From Octopus sinensis (Eukaryota): a DNA stretch of 64,000 nt. Positions 40,178-53,600 of the stretch are shown here, in pieces. The stretch covers positions 7,502,001 to 7,566,000 of the forward strand of contig NC_043005.1 of assembly GCF_006345805.1 (NCBI RefSeq), written 5' to 3'. How positions within the stretch are numbered: the stretch's first letter is position 1; each line of letters starts with the position of its first letter. Below the pieces are notes generated by a model that saw nothing but the letters and a program-made list of their open reading frames with translations, had not been told where the DNA came from and did not search any database. A program made the position numbers and the translations under genes.

Positions 40178-40249
40178 AAACTATTCAAAGTGGGAAGATC
40201 CCTGATTGCCCCTTCTTGAATAAACGATATTCTATTATGTTCCAGAGAT
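40178..40249 (-). CDS. LRR gene exon 3, copy C (inside Helitron array)
   Basis: tctttgttatAG...|GTAAGT; (L)SLEHNRISFIQEGAIRDLPTLNS(L); 72 nt, identical to the copy at 29763. Confidence 0.85.
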
Positions 40250-40779
40250 CTATAACAAAGAAAAAGATCATAAGAATGTTAGCAAAAGATATTAAACATT
40301 AGGCTTAAATAATTAATTCTAAGCCGAATGATTGCTTAATAGTGATTGATTAATAGGAAAAATGAAGTCATGCTGACAATTAATAATTCCAAATTGCATA
40401 TATATTCATAAAAGCATAACGTCATTTATTCTGAAGGTGTCATCGTAGCTGTTATCCATTTTCTGTTAAATTGAAAAATGACTTGTCATTTGTTGTGATG
40501 TGTTATTCTTGTTTCCATTGTTAAACATGAATTTTCCAATTTGAATCAAATTATTTTTCTGCCCTAGTTGTTGATTTTCTTATGCTATTCTTTGTCTTAA
40601 TTAATTTTCATATTAATGTAACTGTAGTTGTATTGTTGCAATTCTTTTTTAGTTTAATCTCGAGTGTGTGATTGAATCAGATGTTTTATGACTGGTTATT
40701 AAAATAAGAAATATTGGCCTCATACTCTAAAACATATATGTGTGTCCTTATAAATGACATATTCATATATATACATATA

Positions 40780-40849
<70 letters not shown>

Positions 40850-40857
40850 ATATATTA

Positions 40858-41879
40858 TATAACTGAGAATGTGTATCTATCTGTCTGTCTGTGTGTTTCC
40901 CTAAAACTTGAGAACTACACAACCAATTTCATTCAAATTTTACACATGCCTTACTTAGGGTCCATGTAGTTTCATGGGCAAAACAAATGTTCAACTTCTT
41001 GCTTAGAGCGAGCCCAAAGCAATATCATATCTTCTCCACTATTTCAGTATTACATGTTAAAAGGGAAACAAAAACACTTCTCTATTTTATGTCAGATGCT
41101 TTCACTTTTACAATAAAAATAATAATAACAATTGAATTATATGTAGTAAGTAATAATTAAAATCAAACTAAAGTATAATATAATCGTAACATAACAAAAG
41201 TAAAAATAGCAATTGGTATAAAATTGCATCAATGACTTGAACTTGAATAAGTGGTTTCACATGAATGGGAATAAATTAAAAATAAAATTAGCGTGCAGAA
41301 ATGGAATAGTCCAGATGGATACTAAAAAATTGAATTAAAGAAAAGACTATTGTCTATAAAGTATACAATGTAGAGAAAAAAGATTTGAACACCTGGAGGA
41401 AAGCACCATCGAAAAGTGTCTTGGTGCGACTATGAATGATATCTAACCAGAGGCGGTAAATTCGCCAGAATAGAAGCAAGATTCGAGTCAATGGAGCATG
41501 CAAGGCAGTACTAGACTCGAACTTGCAAAGTGGAAATATTTTATTTTTACGTTTATATCTGGGACGTAGGACGTCCCGGATAAAAATGAAAAATGTCCCC
41601 CCTCCCAGCAGTAGAGGTAGGCTGGATTGTAGCCACACTTCTATACAAGAGGGAGGACAAAATACAATTGATCGAAATTGCAAGCGACGGGCTTACAATT
41701 CCAGTCTGTTATATATTTTGAGTATTGTTATCACTAGCGATATCAAGATATAACTTTGTATTTTGTATTTTATGTGTAGATGTATATATATATAGATGTA
41801 CATGTAATATGTACACATATATATACACATATATACATGCACTAGCACTATGACCCAGCAACGACGGGTCATAATGCTA

Positions 41880-41915
<36 letters not shown>

Positions 41916-42855
41916 TTATATATATAAAACTGAGAATGTGTGTCTGTCTGTCTGTGCGTTTCCCTAAAACTTGAGAACTACACAACCAATTCCATTCAAA
42001 TTTTACACATGCCTTACTTAGGGTCCATGTAGGTTCATGGGCAAAACAAATGTTCAACTTCTGGCCTAGAGCGAGCCCATAGCAATATCATATCTTCTCC
42101 ACTATTTCAGTATTACATGTTAAAAGGGAAACAAAAACGTTTCTCTATTTTATGTCAGATACTTTTACTTTAACAATAAAAATAATAGTAACAATTGAAT
42201 TATATGTAGTAAGTAATAATTAAAATCAAACTAAAGTAACATGACAAAAGTAAAATAGCAATTGGTATAAAATTGCATCAATGACTTGAACTTGAATAAG
42301 TGGTTTCACATGAATGGGAATAAATTAAAAATAAAATTAGCGTGCAGAAATGGAATAGTCCAGATGGATAAAAAAAATTAAATTAAAGAAAAGACTATTG
42401 TCTATAAAGTATACAATGTAGAGAAAAAAGATTTGAACACCTGGAGGAAAGCACCATCGAAAAGTGTCTTGGTGCGACTATGAAAGGTAGCTAATCAGAG
42501 GCAGTAAATTCGCCAGAATAGAAGCAAGGTTCGAGTCAACAGAGCGTTCAAAGGAGTACTCGACTTGAACTTGTGAAGTGGAAATATTTTATTTTTACTT
42601 ATACATCTGGGACGTAGGACGTCCTGGAAAAAAAATTTTAATGGCTCCCCCCTTCCGAAGTAGAGGTAGGCTGGATTGTAGCCACACTTCTGTACAAGAG
42701 GGAGGACAAGATACAATTGATCGAAATTACAAGAGACAGGCTAACAATTCCAGTCTGTTATATATTTTGAGTATTGTTATCACTAGCGATATCAAGATAT
42801 AACCTTGTATTTTGTATTTTATATGTAGATGTATATATATAGATGTACATGTAAT
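40858..42855 (+). mobile_element. Two tandem non-autonomous Helitrons, family A (40858-41880, 41913-42855)
   Basis: Same sequence family; the second copy stops before its terminus where a SINE begins. Confidence 0.85.
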
Positions 42856-42864
42856 AGATGTACA

Positions 42865-43262
42865 GGCGCAGGAGTGGCTGTGTGGTAAGTAGCTTGCTAA
42901 CCAACCACATGGTTCCGGGTTCAGTCCCACTGTGTGGCATCTTGGGCAAGTGTCTTCTGCTATAGCCCCGGGCCGACCAATGCCTTGTGAGTGGATTTGG
43001 TAGACGGAAACTGAAAGAAGCCTGTCGTATATATGTATATATATATCTATATATATGTATGTGTGTGTGTTTGTGTGTCTGTGTTTGTCCCCCTAGCATT
43101 GCTTGACAACCGATGCTGGTGTGTTTATGTCCCTGTCACTTAGCAGTTCGGCAAAAAGAGACCGGTAGAATAAGTACTGGGCTTACAAAGAATAAGTCCC
43201 GGGGTCGACTAAAGGCGGTGCTCCAGCACGGCTGCAGTCAAATGACTGAAATAAGTGAAAGA
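42865..43262 (+). mobile_element. tRNA-derived SINE (same family)
   Basis: About 7 differences in the 155-nt head versus the 27235 copy; same tail. Confidence 0.88.
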
Positions 43263-43976
43263 GAAAAAAATATTTATGTATATCTACGTATATACATGTA
43301 TATTTATATATATATGCGTGTATGCGTGTATATAAATATATGCATTCATGAGTCTGTGTTTGTATGCATATATATATTTTTCAGATAAAAGAAATATAAA
43401 TATAACTATACAAATTTATGTATATGTATGTATATACGTGTGTATGTATATGTGTATATATATATGTACAGGTACATATATGAATATGTGTGTGTATATA
43501 TGTACATATATATATATACACACACACACATATATATAATAAATTAAATTATTTGCCTTAAAAAAACTGCCTTCTCATATTCCATTACACATGCTTCTCA
43601 AAAGCTCTTTTACTGGACCTTTCCACAGACACTTTCATACTATAAATTAGTAACCACACTCACTAAACACTCTTCAAATATTCATTCTTCATAGAATCAA
43701 AGGTTTTTTAATGTCTTTCATCACTGCATGATGAAGCATTCGCAGCCAGACTCCTTACAAATTGTACAATACTTTCTTAAAATACGTAAGAACAAACCAG
43801 ATCTTTGAATCCTGAATGTACAATTTGGTAGAAGTGTCACAGCCAGAAAACCTTTCTCGTTGGTGTATGACGAACGCTGATCTTAGGTACACAACTTAAC
43901 AAATGCAAAGGACACAAATGTGCACTCATTTGTATATACTCAAACACAATCACACACACACAAAATATAATGATAA

Positions 43977-45264
43977 ATCAGGTCATCCCATAAGTTCTGT
44001 CCGATTTTATCTTTTTTAAAATTGAATGAAATTTAATAGTATTTTAGACTGTCTGATGGAATTAAAAATTATTTTTATGCATTTGTGTACATTTAAACTA
44101 ATTAAATATTATTTTACAGAATAATAGAATTAAAATTTCTTTGATTAAAACCCCTTTCTAACGTGGAAGTATCCAAAGAACATATTTAAGGCACATAATG
44201 CTTTTTGAGTACAAAAAATGGAAACTCCGCAGCTGAAGCGACTTGAAACATACACTCAGTTTATAGGAAAGAACGCTTGAATGAAAGAACTTGCAGAAGA
44301 TGGTTTGCAAAATTCAGAAGTGGAGATTTCAGCCTTGAAGATGAAGATCAAACAGGACGTCCAGTTGAGTTTGATGATAAGCTCCTTGGGGCATTACTTG
44401 AAGAAAATCCTGCATTATCAGTTGAAGAATTGGCAATAAAGTTTAGTTCAAACCATACAACTGTTTGTAGTCATCTTCAACAACTTGGAAAGGTTCCTAA
44501 ACTTGGAAAATGGATGACTCATGAATTGTCCGAAAGCAACTGCAAATCCCGAGTTGACATCTGCTCTTCTCTCCAGTCTCGCAAACTTATTTCACCCTTT
44601 TTGGATAGACTTGTGATGAAAAATGGATCTTCTATCGAAATGTTAAATGTCGTAAACAGTGGCTTGGTAAAAGGGGGAAAAGCTCAGCCACAACTGAGAA
44701 GGGAACTTCATGGTAAAAAGGTTCTTCTCTGTATCTGGTGTGATTACAAAGGAGTAATTCACTTTGAATTGTTACCACCTAATGCAACAATCAATTCTCA
44801 AGTCTACTGTCAGCAAATTGAGCGTTTGAAACAAGCTTTAAAGAAAAAAAGACCCACTTTAGTGAATCGAAAAGAGTGATGTTTCATCAGGACAATGTGC
44901 AACCCCACACCACAAAGATCACATCACAGAAGATCGAAGAGCTTGGTTGGAAAAAAATTCCTCATCCACCTTATTCTCCCAACGTTGCTCCTTCAGACTA
45001 CCATTTGTTTTGTAGTTTACAGAATCATTTGGGGGACATAACTTTCGAAAGTCAGGAGGGGGTCGATTCTGATATTTCAGAGTTCTTTGCTTTGAAACCA
45101 AAAGAGTTTTATATTGATGGGATTAAAAAGCTTGTAAATAGATGGAAGGAAGTCATAGATAATCAAGGAAAGTACATTGATGACTAAATTTCAATTAAAT
45201 ATAACATTTTATCACTTGTTTTCTTTATTCAAAATTTGGACAGAACTTATGGAATGACTTGATA
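43977..45264 (+). mobile_element. mariner (D,D34D) transposon, full length ~1.29 kb, frameshifted
   Basis: ~28-bp TIRs (atcaggtcatcccataagttctgtcc / ggacagaacttatggaatgacttgat); KWMTHEL, HQDNVQPH...YSPNVAPSD with 34 residues between the two Asp. Confidence 0.93.
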
Positions 45265-45392
45265 GAATAATTGACAAATAGAGACAAATAGATAAAGAAA
45301 GTGAGACAGTGAGGTCTGCAGAAAGAGAAGCAGAGTATATTTAATATTTACATTGTTAATGAAATTATATCACAAATTGTAATCCAACTTAC

Positions 45393-45464
45393 AATTCTTT
45401 TAAATTCAGAAGGGTTCTGATTGACCAAAGTTGAAAAAAGCTGACGTCATTATAAGTCAGGTTC
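45393..45464 (-). CDS. LRR gene exon 2 (72-nt LRR)
   Basis: tttattatAG|g AAC CTG...GAA TT|GTAAGT; peptide (L)NLTYNDVSFFQLWSIRTLLNLKE(L); phase 2-2. Confidence 0.88.
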
Positions 45465-45654
45465 CTATAATAAAGAAAATAATTGTTTAAAATTGTTTAG
45501 AACAGATCATCAATAAAATATTAGATATTAGATTAAAAGAATTAGTTGATTTTTAAAGTAGATGTTTAATGAAAATAGGAAACCTTGATGGACATAGTAT
45601 TATAATAGAGTAAGGCACATGCTGTCAAGCTAAGTAAAATCGCTGTCATCCGTA

Positions 45655-45955
45655 CATAAAAGCTAAGTAAGATCACTGTCAACCATACATACAGGCTTGT
45701 CCTGTACAGGTGCTGGTACCACATAAAATGTACTCATGCCAGTGTTGCGTAAACACACCTGTGCTGGTGGCATGTAAAAAGCCCTAAGCACACTCTATAA
45801 AGTAGTTGGTGTTAGGAAGGGCACCCAACCATAGAAACGATGCCACAACAGACAATTGGAGTCTGGACAGTTCTTGGGCTGGCCTACTTCTGTCAAACTG
45901 TCCAACCAATGCCAGCATGGAAAATGGATGTTAAACAATGATGATGATGATGTCG
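45655..45955 (+). mobile_element. Degenerate RTE 3' UTR copy
   Basis: gttggtgttaggaagggcacccaacc...gccagcatggaaaatggatgttaaacaa(TGA)n. Confidence 0.78.
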
Positions 45956-46654
45956 ATGTGGTTAAAACTGCAGCAAACTTAACGTTTTAACTAAAAGGAA
46001 TAAGTACAATTTCATTTCAATGTGAATGTATCTTTGTAAAGTCTCAAAGGCTTCAAAGTGGCTGTCGACCATTTTCTTTCAAATAGAATAATTAACTCTA
46101 ATTTACTATGCTGTCTATATCCTGTCACCATTTCTAAAGTTGATCACTTCTTTGTCACTACCATTTCTTGAGAGCCACAAATGAATTGTCATATATGAGT
46201 TCTTGAATTATTTTCCTGGTGTGTCATTTCTATTATTTTTGTGCTATATTTCTGAACTTGTCTGACATCAAAATGAAACAAGAATTATATGGATGAATAC
46301 TGTTCTTAGTCTACGCAACATAACAAATACATTGGACATAAAGGGTGCGTTTATTTGGATAAACATGTACATACTCACATGCAGTCACAGATACAGACTC
46401 ATACACACAGACACATAAGCTATAGAGATATAGAAAGATTGACAATTAGAGATGATATAAAGAGTGACTTAAACAGTAACAGTGAAGCAATCTCATTTTT
46501 AAAAGGGGCAGATGATAAAAAATTCATTAATATTCATAGGGGCTGATATTTGTTGGTTTGAAATCCGCTATTTTAAATGACAATATAACCAATATGAATA
46601 AAATTTAGAAAAATTATGTATGTAATAAATATTTTGAAATTGTTTAAAACTTAC

Positions 46655-46854
46655 AATTTTGTCACATTCATTGGAAATGAGCTGGGCCATGGCTTTTTAC
46701 ATTCCATATCAGTCTGGAACTGATCACATGTGCATGAGGTGTAACATTTAGTTGTCATTGACTGGTCAACATATATTAAGATTAACAAAATCACTAACAT
46801 AAATTTGATTTTGATAGAATCAAAAGAAAATCTTGATTTACTATTGTAGGTCAT
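46655..46854 (-). CDS. LRR gene coding exon 1: signal peptide + LRRNT cap
   Basis: Translates MTYNSK...MLVILLILIYVDQSMTTKCYTSCTCDQFQTDMECKKPWPSSFPMNVTK(L): hydrophobic leader, then a CxxxCxC...C...P cap. Ends in TT|GTAAGT (phase 2). Upstream acceptor ttttcttctcttacag puts the exon start at 46961. The start codon may instead be 46800. Confidence 0.88.
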
Positions 46855-48113
46855 ATTCTAAAAAGAAATATTTCACCACTGAACACGAACGTTAGGCATC
46901 GAGAATCTCTTACTAAGCCGACAAAAGTTCTGTTTTCAAGGTCAGTCACACGTAAAATAATCTGTAAGAGAAGAAAATGCAAAATAACAGAAGCTTATAT
47001 TTTATTTACTTCACATTACTGACTCATTGTTCTAAGTAGAAATTGGATCTTAGGACTCAATTACTTTCCATTAGATTTTTAGAATTACGAAACTGGATGT
47101 CACTGTAACAATATACAATACATTAATAGACATCCTTCTAATTAGTGATAATGTTGATTGAAAGCCTAAGATAGATCGCTTTAACTCACACACACACATC
47201 TAAACGGTAGATGCTGGGTTCTGCAACTTGGTATCTTTACTTTGATCTTGAGCCAAACATTGATTATGTATGAGATGTTTTATGGTGCTGACTGATGATC
47301 TTGTGTAGGTCTATGCTTTCTGCTGCGGGTAGTGAGTCCTGCTTTGGTGTGTGCTACGAATCCACAATCATCACAAATAAAGACATTTGAAGAGAACTTA
47401 ATCACAATGTTTCTATCTACTCATTTCAAACTATTTCAGACTAGTGAAATACGATGTTCTTACATTTTACTTTTCAGTAAGATTCTCATCAACAGTTAAA
47501 TTCAATATTACAGTGCTTGAAATTATCCTTAAGCATTGTTATAAACCCAAACTCGAATATCAAAGTTTAAAAGGTTTTAATTGACTAAAAATACAGCAAT
47601 ATACAATACAAAGATTGCTAAATTGTAAGCAAAACCAAACTTCAACGCAATAACATTTTTATGCAGTGAGTTGCTACATTCTAGACAAACTAAAATCAAC
47701 ACTGAACACGTCATCTGAAAACAGAACAGAACTCAAGAGGGACGATATACAGGACTTTCTTTATTCCAAAGCAAACCATACATCTTTCATCTGAACAGAG
47801 TACCCTGCCTATCTCAACTGAATTAATATGCATATATAAGTAAAGCAGGTGTCAACATGCCAAGAAATTTCAATGAATTAAAATTAGTGATGCGGACAAC
47901 TATTATCTGAATTATAGTCATACGTGTGTTTGTGTGTATGTTTAGAAGGATAAATGGTATTCCATCTAACGTGACTTCGCTCAGAAGGCTGTAATGTCAT
48001 TGTGGTAGGAACCCGGTAAAGAAATACATGGAGCAAAGATGATAACTTTAAATACGTTTATTGTAGTCACACGTATATATATACACTAGCTGAATGTAAG
48101 TGGTTGATGTACA

Positions 48114-48503
48114 TCTTTATATATAAAAAAGAGGTTGTGTGCTGTCTGTCTCCTACGATTTAGATTCCTAACTACTCCCACATTTTGCGGTGCAGTTTAA
48201 CCAAAACCGGGTATCTTATAGTCGTGATTCATATCGAGCCCTTCGAGCGCGTCTACGATGAGTCTACGATTTTAAAAAAAATTTACCATCAATTTTCGCC
48301 ATTTTTAATGCATTTTTGGCATATATAAGGGAAGTAACTCTCTAAAAATTTATTATTAAATCTCAGAACGTAAAAAGCTACAGTTACACCCCACCCCCTT
48401 TGTGGTTAGCCATATTGAGATGGCTATTATACTTTACATCTCTAAAAATGCTTATATAGTTATTTCCCTTACAAATCCGAGCAACGCCGGGCGATACTGC
48501 TAG
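48114..48503 (+). mobile_element. Non-autonomous Helitron family B
   Basis: TC...cccgagcaacgccgggcgatactgCTAG-type termini, A|T site. Confidence 0.9.
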
Positions 48504-48819
48504 TTTATTCATATATCTACATGCATCTGTGTGGGTTGTATGTTAGCTGTTAACACTGGTGAGGAAAGCTCACGAACAGCGATATGTTAGAACCAGTGCA
48601 ATGTGTTGGAGCTGTGTAAGTATTGTTGACGACGTTGGTGAGAGACATGATGGTGGTGACGAAGATGGAGGTTGCTGTAATGTTGTCAGTGGTTAGACCT
48701 TAGAAGGTCGGGAACCAACAGTATTTCCTTATTTTAGCGCTCAGGCTCATACACAAGGACAGACAGGACGGACACTACAGTGGGGACAAAACACAGAATG
48801 AACGAATGGAGGGTGAATG

Positions 48820-50340
48820 TATCATTTAAATCTGTTTTACAGTCATAGAATTTCAAACATTTTTCTCCTTTTCGTTTTTCTTTTCCTCACCATTTTATGT
48901 AAGGTATTAAGTTCCTGTAATCTATTACTGGCGGAAAGTCATCGAACTCCACGCGCACTCCCATTGAGTCTTTCTTGTTTCCAAACAATTCGCCCCGCCT
49001 CTCACACCTCTCGTTGTCAATTACAAATGCCTTGGTACTCTCAGGATAAAATTCTGTTTTAGCTTCACTCTTATTACCGTCTTCATTTTTGTTATTTTCT
49101 TTTCGATTTCCGTACTTTTCGCATATGTCACCAAATACCATTTATTTTTCCATTCTTTCTTAGTTACTTTTTCCTTCAGTCCCACTTGATTTTCCACGTT
49201 GGTTTCCCTTGCTGATGTTGTTGTACTCTGCTGCTGTGTCTCTTCCTTTTTATTTTCCTTCCTTTTCTTTAACGGACGCTTTGGCGGTGAGTCCACGCCT
49301 TCCTTCCTTTTCTTTTGGATTTTTTCAGTTTGAACGGCAGTTTGTTTCTAGCGGTGTCATATGAAATAATCACCCATAATTATGACACTAGCATCGATCT
49401 ATTGCATTTCAATCTGTTTTAGGGTTAGGGTTAGGATTAGGGGTGGGGGGAAGGGTATCTTTTTTTTCTTCACAAATGTGAATAAACCCAATCTGTTTCT
49501 TAAACAAGGGACATATTCATACGGCACAGAATGTTTTTTACCTCAATAGACGTCAGTGATTGGTTGAAATTGCAGAAATTGAAGAAAAACAACAACAAAT
49601 ATCTCACAAACTATAGAATTTTCTCAATAAAGCCAAGAGAAAAAGATGTTTTATAAACACATTCTACCAGTATACGAAGTTTAAAATTTTTTAGTTACCT
49701 AGAAATTATGTTAAAAACTGCCGTTCAAACCGAAAAGATTCTTTCATTTTTCTATTTACTACCGTATAATCCTCCACCACCTTCTTCGGACACTTCTCAT
49801 TTACTGGGTCCGTTACTTCGTCACTCTGCTCCCGCTCGGTACCCTGCTGCTTCTATTCTTCTATACTTTTCTTGTCTTTCTGGGGACACCTTGCTCTCAT
49901 GTGTCCTCTTTCTCCACACTGGTAACAAGTTGAAGGTCTTCCCTCCACCACAATTCTTACTCTCGCATCTTCTGGTAGCACTATCTCTTCTGCTATTTTG
50001 TGCAGGTCTTGTAAACTGACTTGGACAGCGCCGCTTCAAGGTTGTGTCCCCACCAGTTTACCTCTTTCGTCCTTGTTATTTTAAAAACTTTTGCGTCTTC
50101 CTCCATATTATACATAATTGCTACTACCAGCCACACTTCCTCAATCTCCGGGGCACTCTGCCAATCCTTACCCTGGCCACTTGTTTACCACAGTAAGTCG
50201 TCAGAAGCACCCATTCCACTGTTCTTATTGACTCAGTGGCGTAGTTTTTCGCGTCTTCTTCTTTACCAAACCTTACTTTCACCGTTCCGTACTTCTTTCC
50301 ACGTGTATAAAATGTGGTAAGCCTCTTTATTCCCTTGAGA
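48820..50340 (-). mobile_element. Non-LTR ORF1 (gag-like) relic with CCHC knuckle, interrupted by a MITE
   Basis: Reverse frame gives GKKYGTVKVRFGKEEDAK...YCGKQVARVRIGRVP and CYQCGERGHMRARC (49886-49927). Confidence 0.65.
49319..49739. mobile_element. MITE with ~24-bp TIRs carrying TTAGGG-like repeats
   Basis: ttttcagtttgaacggcagttt / aaactgccgttcaaaccgaaaa; internal ttagggttagggttaggattaggg. Confidence 0.8.
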
Positions 50341-50394
50341 CACTCCTCTATTGTCTCTATTGGGGCTACTTCTGTCTTTTTAGAGGATAATGTT

Positions 50395-50630
50395 CTTATT
50401 TCTTTATTGCCCGCAAGGGGCTAAACACAGAGGGGACAAACAAGGACAGAGAAATGGATTAAGTCGGTTATATCGACCCCAGTGCGTAACTGGTACTTAT
50501 TTAATCGACCCCGAAAGGATGAAAGGCAAAGTCGACCTCGGCGGAATTTGAACTCAGAACGTAACAGCAGACGAAATACCGCTGTGCATTTCACCTGGCG
50601 TGCTAATGATCCTGCCAGCTCGCCGCCTTG
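50395..50630 (-). mobile_element. SINE with Deu/Nin-like core
   Basis: aaggcggcgagctggcag...gagttcaaattcc...gactttgcctttcatcctttcggggtcg. Confidence 0.85.
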
Positions 50631-50655
50631 TCAGTATATATATATATATATATAT

Positions 50656-53600
50656 TTTCGTTTTTTCACTTTTCCGAAGAGAAAATTGCATTGTTTATAC
50701 CTTTTATTCTTTTGAATAGTATCAGTGGAATTTTCGAAACATATGTAGAAAGTAAAAATACTTGTTTAAACCTGCGTTAACTCCATTTTTTTATTCATAT
50801 TATTCAAAATATTCAACGTAAACACGAAGTTTCAACCTTTATAAACAAGGAGTTACAACATCTTTACTTGTGGGATTTTTGCTGCCCTGGTAACTATTCA
50901 TTTATTTATCCGTGTTAATTGTTAACAAGGTAAAATACACTCATCTATTTATAATACTTTAATCAGGTTTATTAACAACCTGCTAACTGAATAGTTACAG
51001 CATATGGAGTTATTGAATATTAACGCATCTCTTAAGGACATTCCTATTCCACCTAAGAATGTTTTCCTTAAACAACTTGTCAATAAGATTAATTCATTCA
51101 TCAACCGAATAAGATGGCTTACCTTTTTCTTTGACAAAAATGACACTCAACAACACACTAATGATAAAACATCTGAGTTCAACAAGTTATTTAAATCTAA
51201 AAATAGTCCGCCGCCTAACCCAAGGTTGAAGCAATTTGAAGATGATCTCTGGTCCATTGTGAGAAATGTAAAATTTCAACGATCACCACTAAGAAATAAA
51301 CATCTGAGGTATCTTTGCAACATCACCAAAGAAATCAATTCTATGGATACTATGTTGGTTCAATCTGATAAGACTGGAAATCTGTACAAACTTTATAAAG
51401 ACTATTATTTGGAATTACTTGAAAAAGAAATTCAGAAAAAGTATAAAATTGATGATAAAAGAATACTTAAGAAAGCCAACATTGAGGCTATGAAAATCAT
51501 GGAGAAATATAACCTACAAATGAAGACAGAACCACTTGTTCCTAAGCAACCTAGGTTCATTTTGAAGGATCACAAACCAAATTTTTTTACTAACCCATCA
51601 TTAAGGCTTATCTGCCCTTCTAGCTCTGACATCGGTATCCTTAGTAAAAATATACTAGATAAATATATTCCTAATTTAATCAAAACATTAAAACTTAGTT
51701 TATGGACTAATTCATTTGACGTAGTTGACTGGTTTAGGTCTATTAACAGTAAGGTGAGTACAAAGTTTATCCAATTTGATATTTCCAATTTTTATTCGTC
51801 TATTAATCCAATAGTACTTAATAAGGCACTTTGGCTTGCTCATAACAAAGCTGGTCTCACCGAGAAGAAATTAATGTTGTGTTGGCAGCCAGAAGATCTA
51901 TTATAAAATTTGATGATAAGTTGTGGGTCCGTAAAGACACACCAGATAGTTTCGATATACCTATGGGAAGTTCTGATTCAGCACAGATAGCTGATTTGGT
52001 CTGTATATATATTCTTTTTGAAATGGCTGAAGAGTTCCCTAACATTTATGGAGGTCTATATCGTGATGATTGTTTACTTTACCTCCAAAATGTTTCCAAC
52101 CAAAAGATACGAAAAGTTAAGAATAGTTTAGTTAATTTTTTCAGTAGAATGGGCTTAAAAATCGTTTTTGATGACGATCTGACGAAGGCCAACTTTTTAG
52201 ATATTACGCTTAACTTACACAGTGACTCTTACTTCCCATATCATAAACCGTTGACCAATCTTAAGTACATTAGCAAATTTAGTAATCATCCTGGAGCAAT
52301 TACTAAGAATTTAGTTAAGAATATTTCATTTAGATTATCTAAATTATCTGCTAATGTTGATATTTTCAATAATAACGCTGAATTCTATAACTCTGCCTTA
52401 ATCAAAGCAGGTTATACAGAAAAAATTTTCTACATTGATTCTACTCAGTCTAATTGTAAATTCAATAATGTAGATAAGATTTCTAGTCGTAAAAGAATTA
52501 TTGATAACAACATAACTTACGCACCGATACAAAGCGAATGAAGGCAGATAACCCTTATTTATTCCCCTATTACCGATCTAAAAGTAAATATAACACCTTC
52601 AAAAGTAATTACGCTATGAATACTAGTAAAAATATTTGGTTAATAATTCCTTACGGGAGACAAATTAAATCTAATCTCCCACTGCTGTTTCGTCAAGCTA
52701 TTGCTAGGAATTTTCCAAACAATTCTAGATATTACTCTATAATTAATTCACATAAGGTTAGGATAGGTTTTTCAAACACAAAAAATCTCTTGCAATTATA
52801 TCTTCTCATATAACAAACTGTTAAATATTAATACATTTACTAATACTAACATTAATTTAGCTAATACCATCCAACCCTCTAGAAATATTAATAACAAGGT
52901 TATTGTATCTGAAGTCGATCCCAATAGAATTAAATTTATGTCAAGTAACTCTAAGATTAAAAATTCTATATACCAGTGTATAATCAGTACTCGTAATAAA
53001 GTACGATTTTACATTGGAAGCACATCGTTAGAGTTATCTAAAATAATTTCTATCCATTACTCAACATTTAGGGATAGAAATAAACGGAATAGTACCGGTC
53101 TCAGCAAACTGATTTGGGATTTAAAAGACCACAATGAACAATTTCATTTAGAATGGTTGATCCTCTCAATTTCGATACCATATGACAAAGGCAAGAAATT
53201 CTGTCTTCTCTGCAATTCTGAGCTATTTTTCATTATTTTTTCTAAAAATACTCTAGTAAACACGGTTATAGAACGAGCATACAGATGTAAGCATTGGCAG
53301 AAACATACTTTTAGTGCATATAAGTAGTCTCTATCATTATATATAGTTTAGACTTTAATTTCCTTTATATTTAACATTCACTATTAATATCCCTACTCTT
53401 TCTGTTAGCTACTTATGACGTTATATCATATAACGTTTTTTTAAACAATATTAATAGCGATCTGTCTATCGCTATACGAATCCATCATTTTTTGCTAAAA
53501 TGTCGTATTGACGAGTTTCGTTTTTTCACTTTCCCGAAGAGAAGATTGCATTGTTTATACCTTTTATTCTTTTGAATAGTATCAGTGGAATTTTCGAAAC

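Noticed and set aside
44277-45187. SETMAR-like host gene
   Set aside because: No SET domain; it is bounded by TIRs at ~1.3 kb and the catalytic region is frameshifted.
49420-49450. True telomere or chromosome fusion site
   Set aside because: Only about four imperfect units, and they lie inside a TIR element.
53330-53520. SECIS/selenoprotein signal in the Naiad-like element
   Set aside because: No in-frame TGA at a Cys-like position. The hairpin near 53418 (acgttatat-c-atataacgt) does not fit SECIS geometry.
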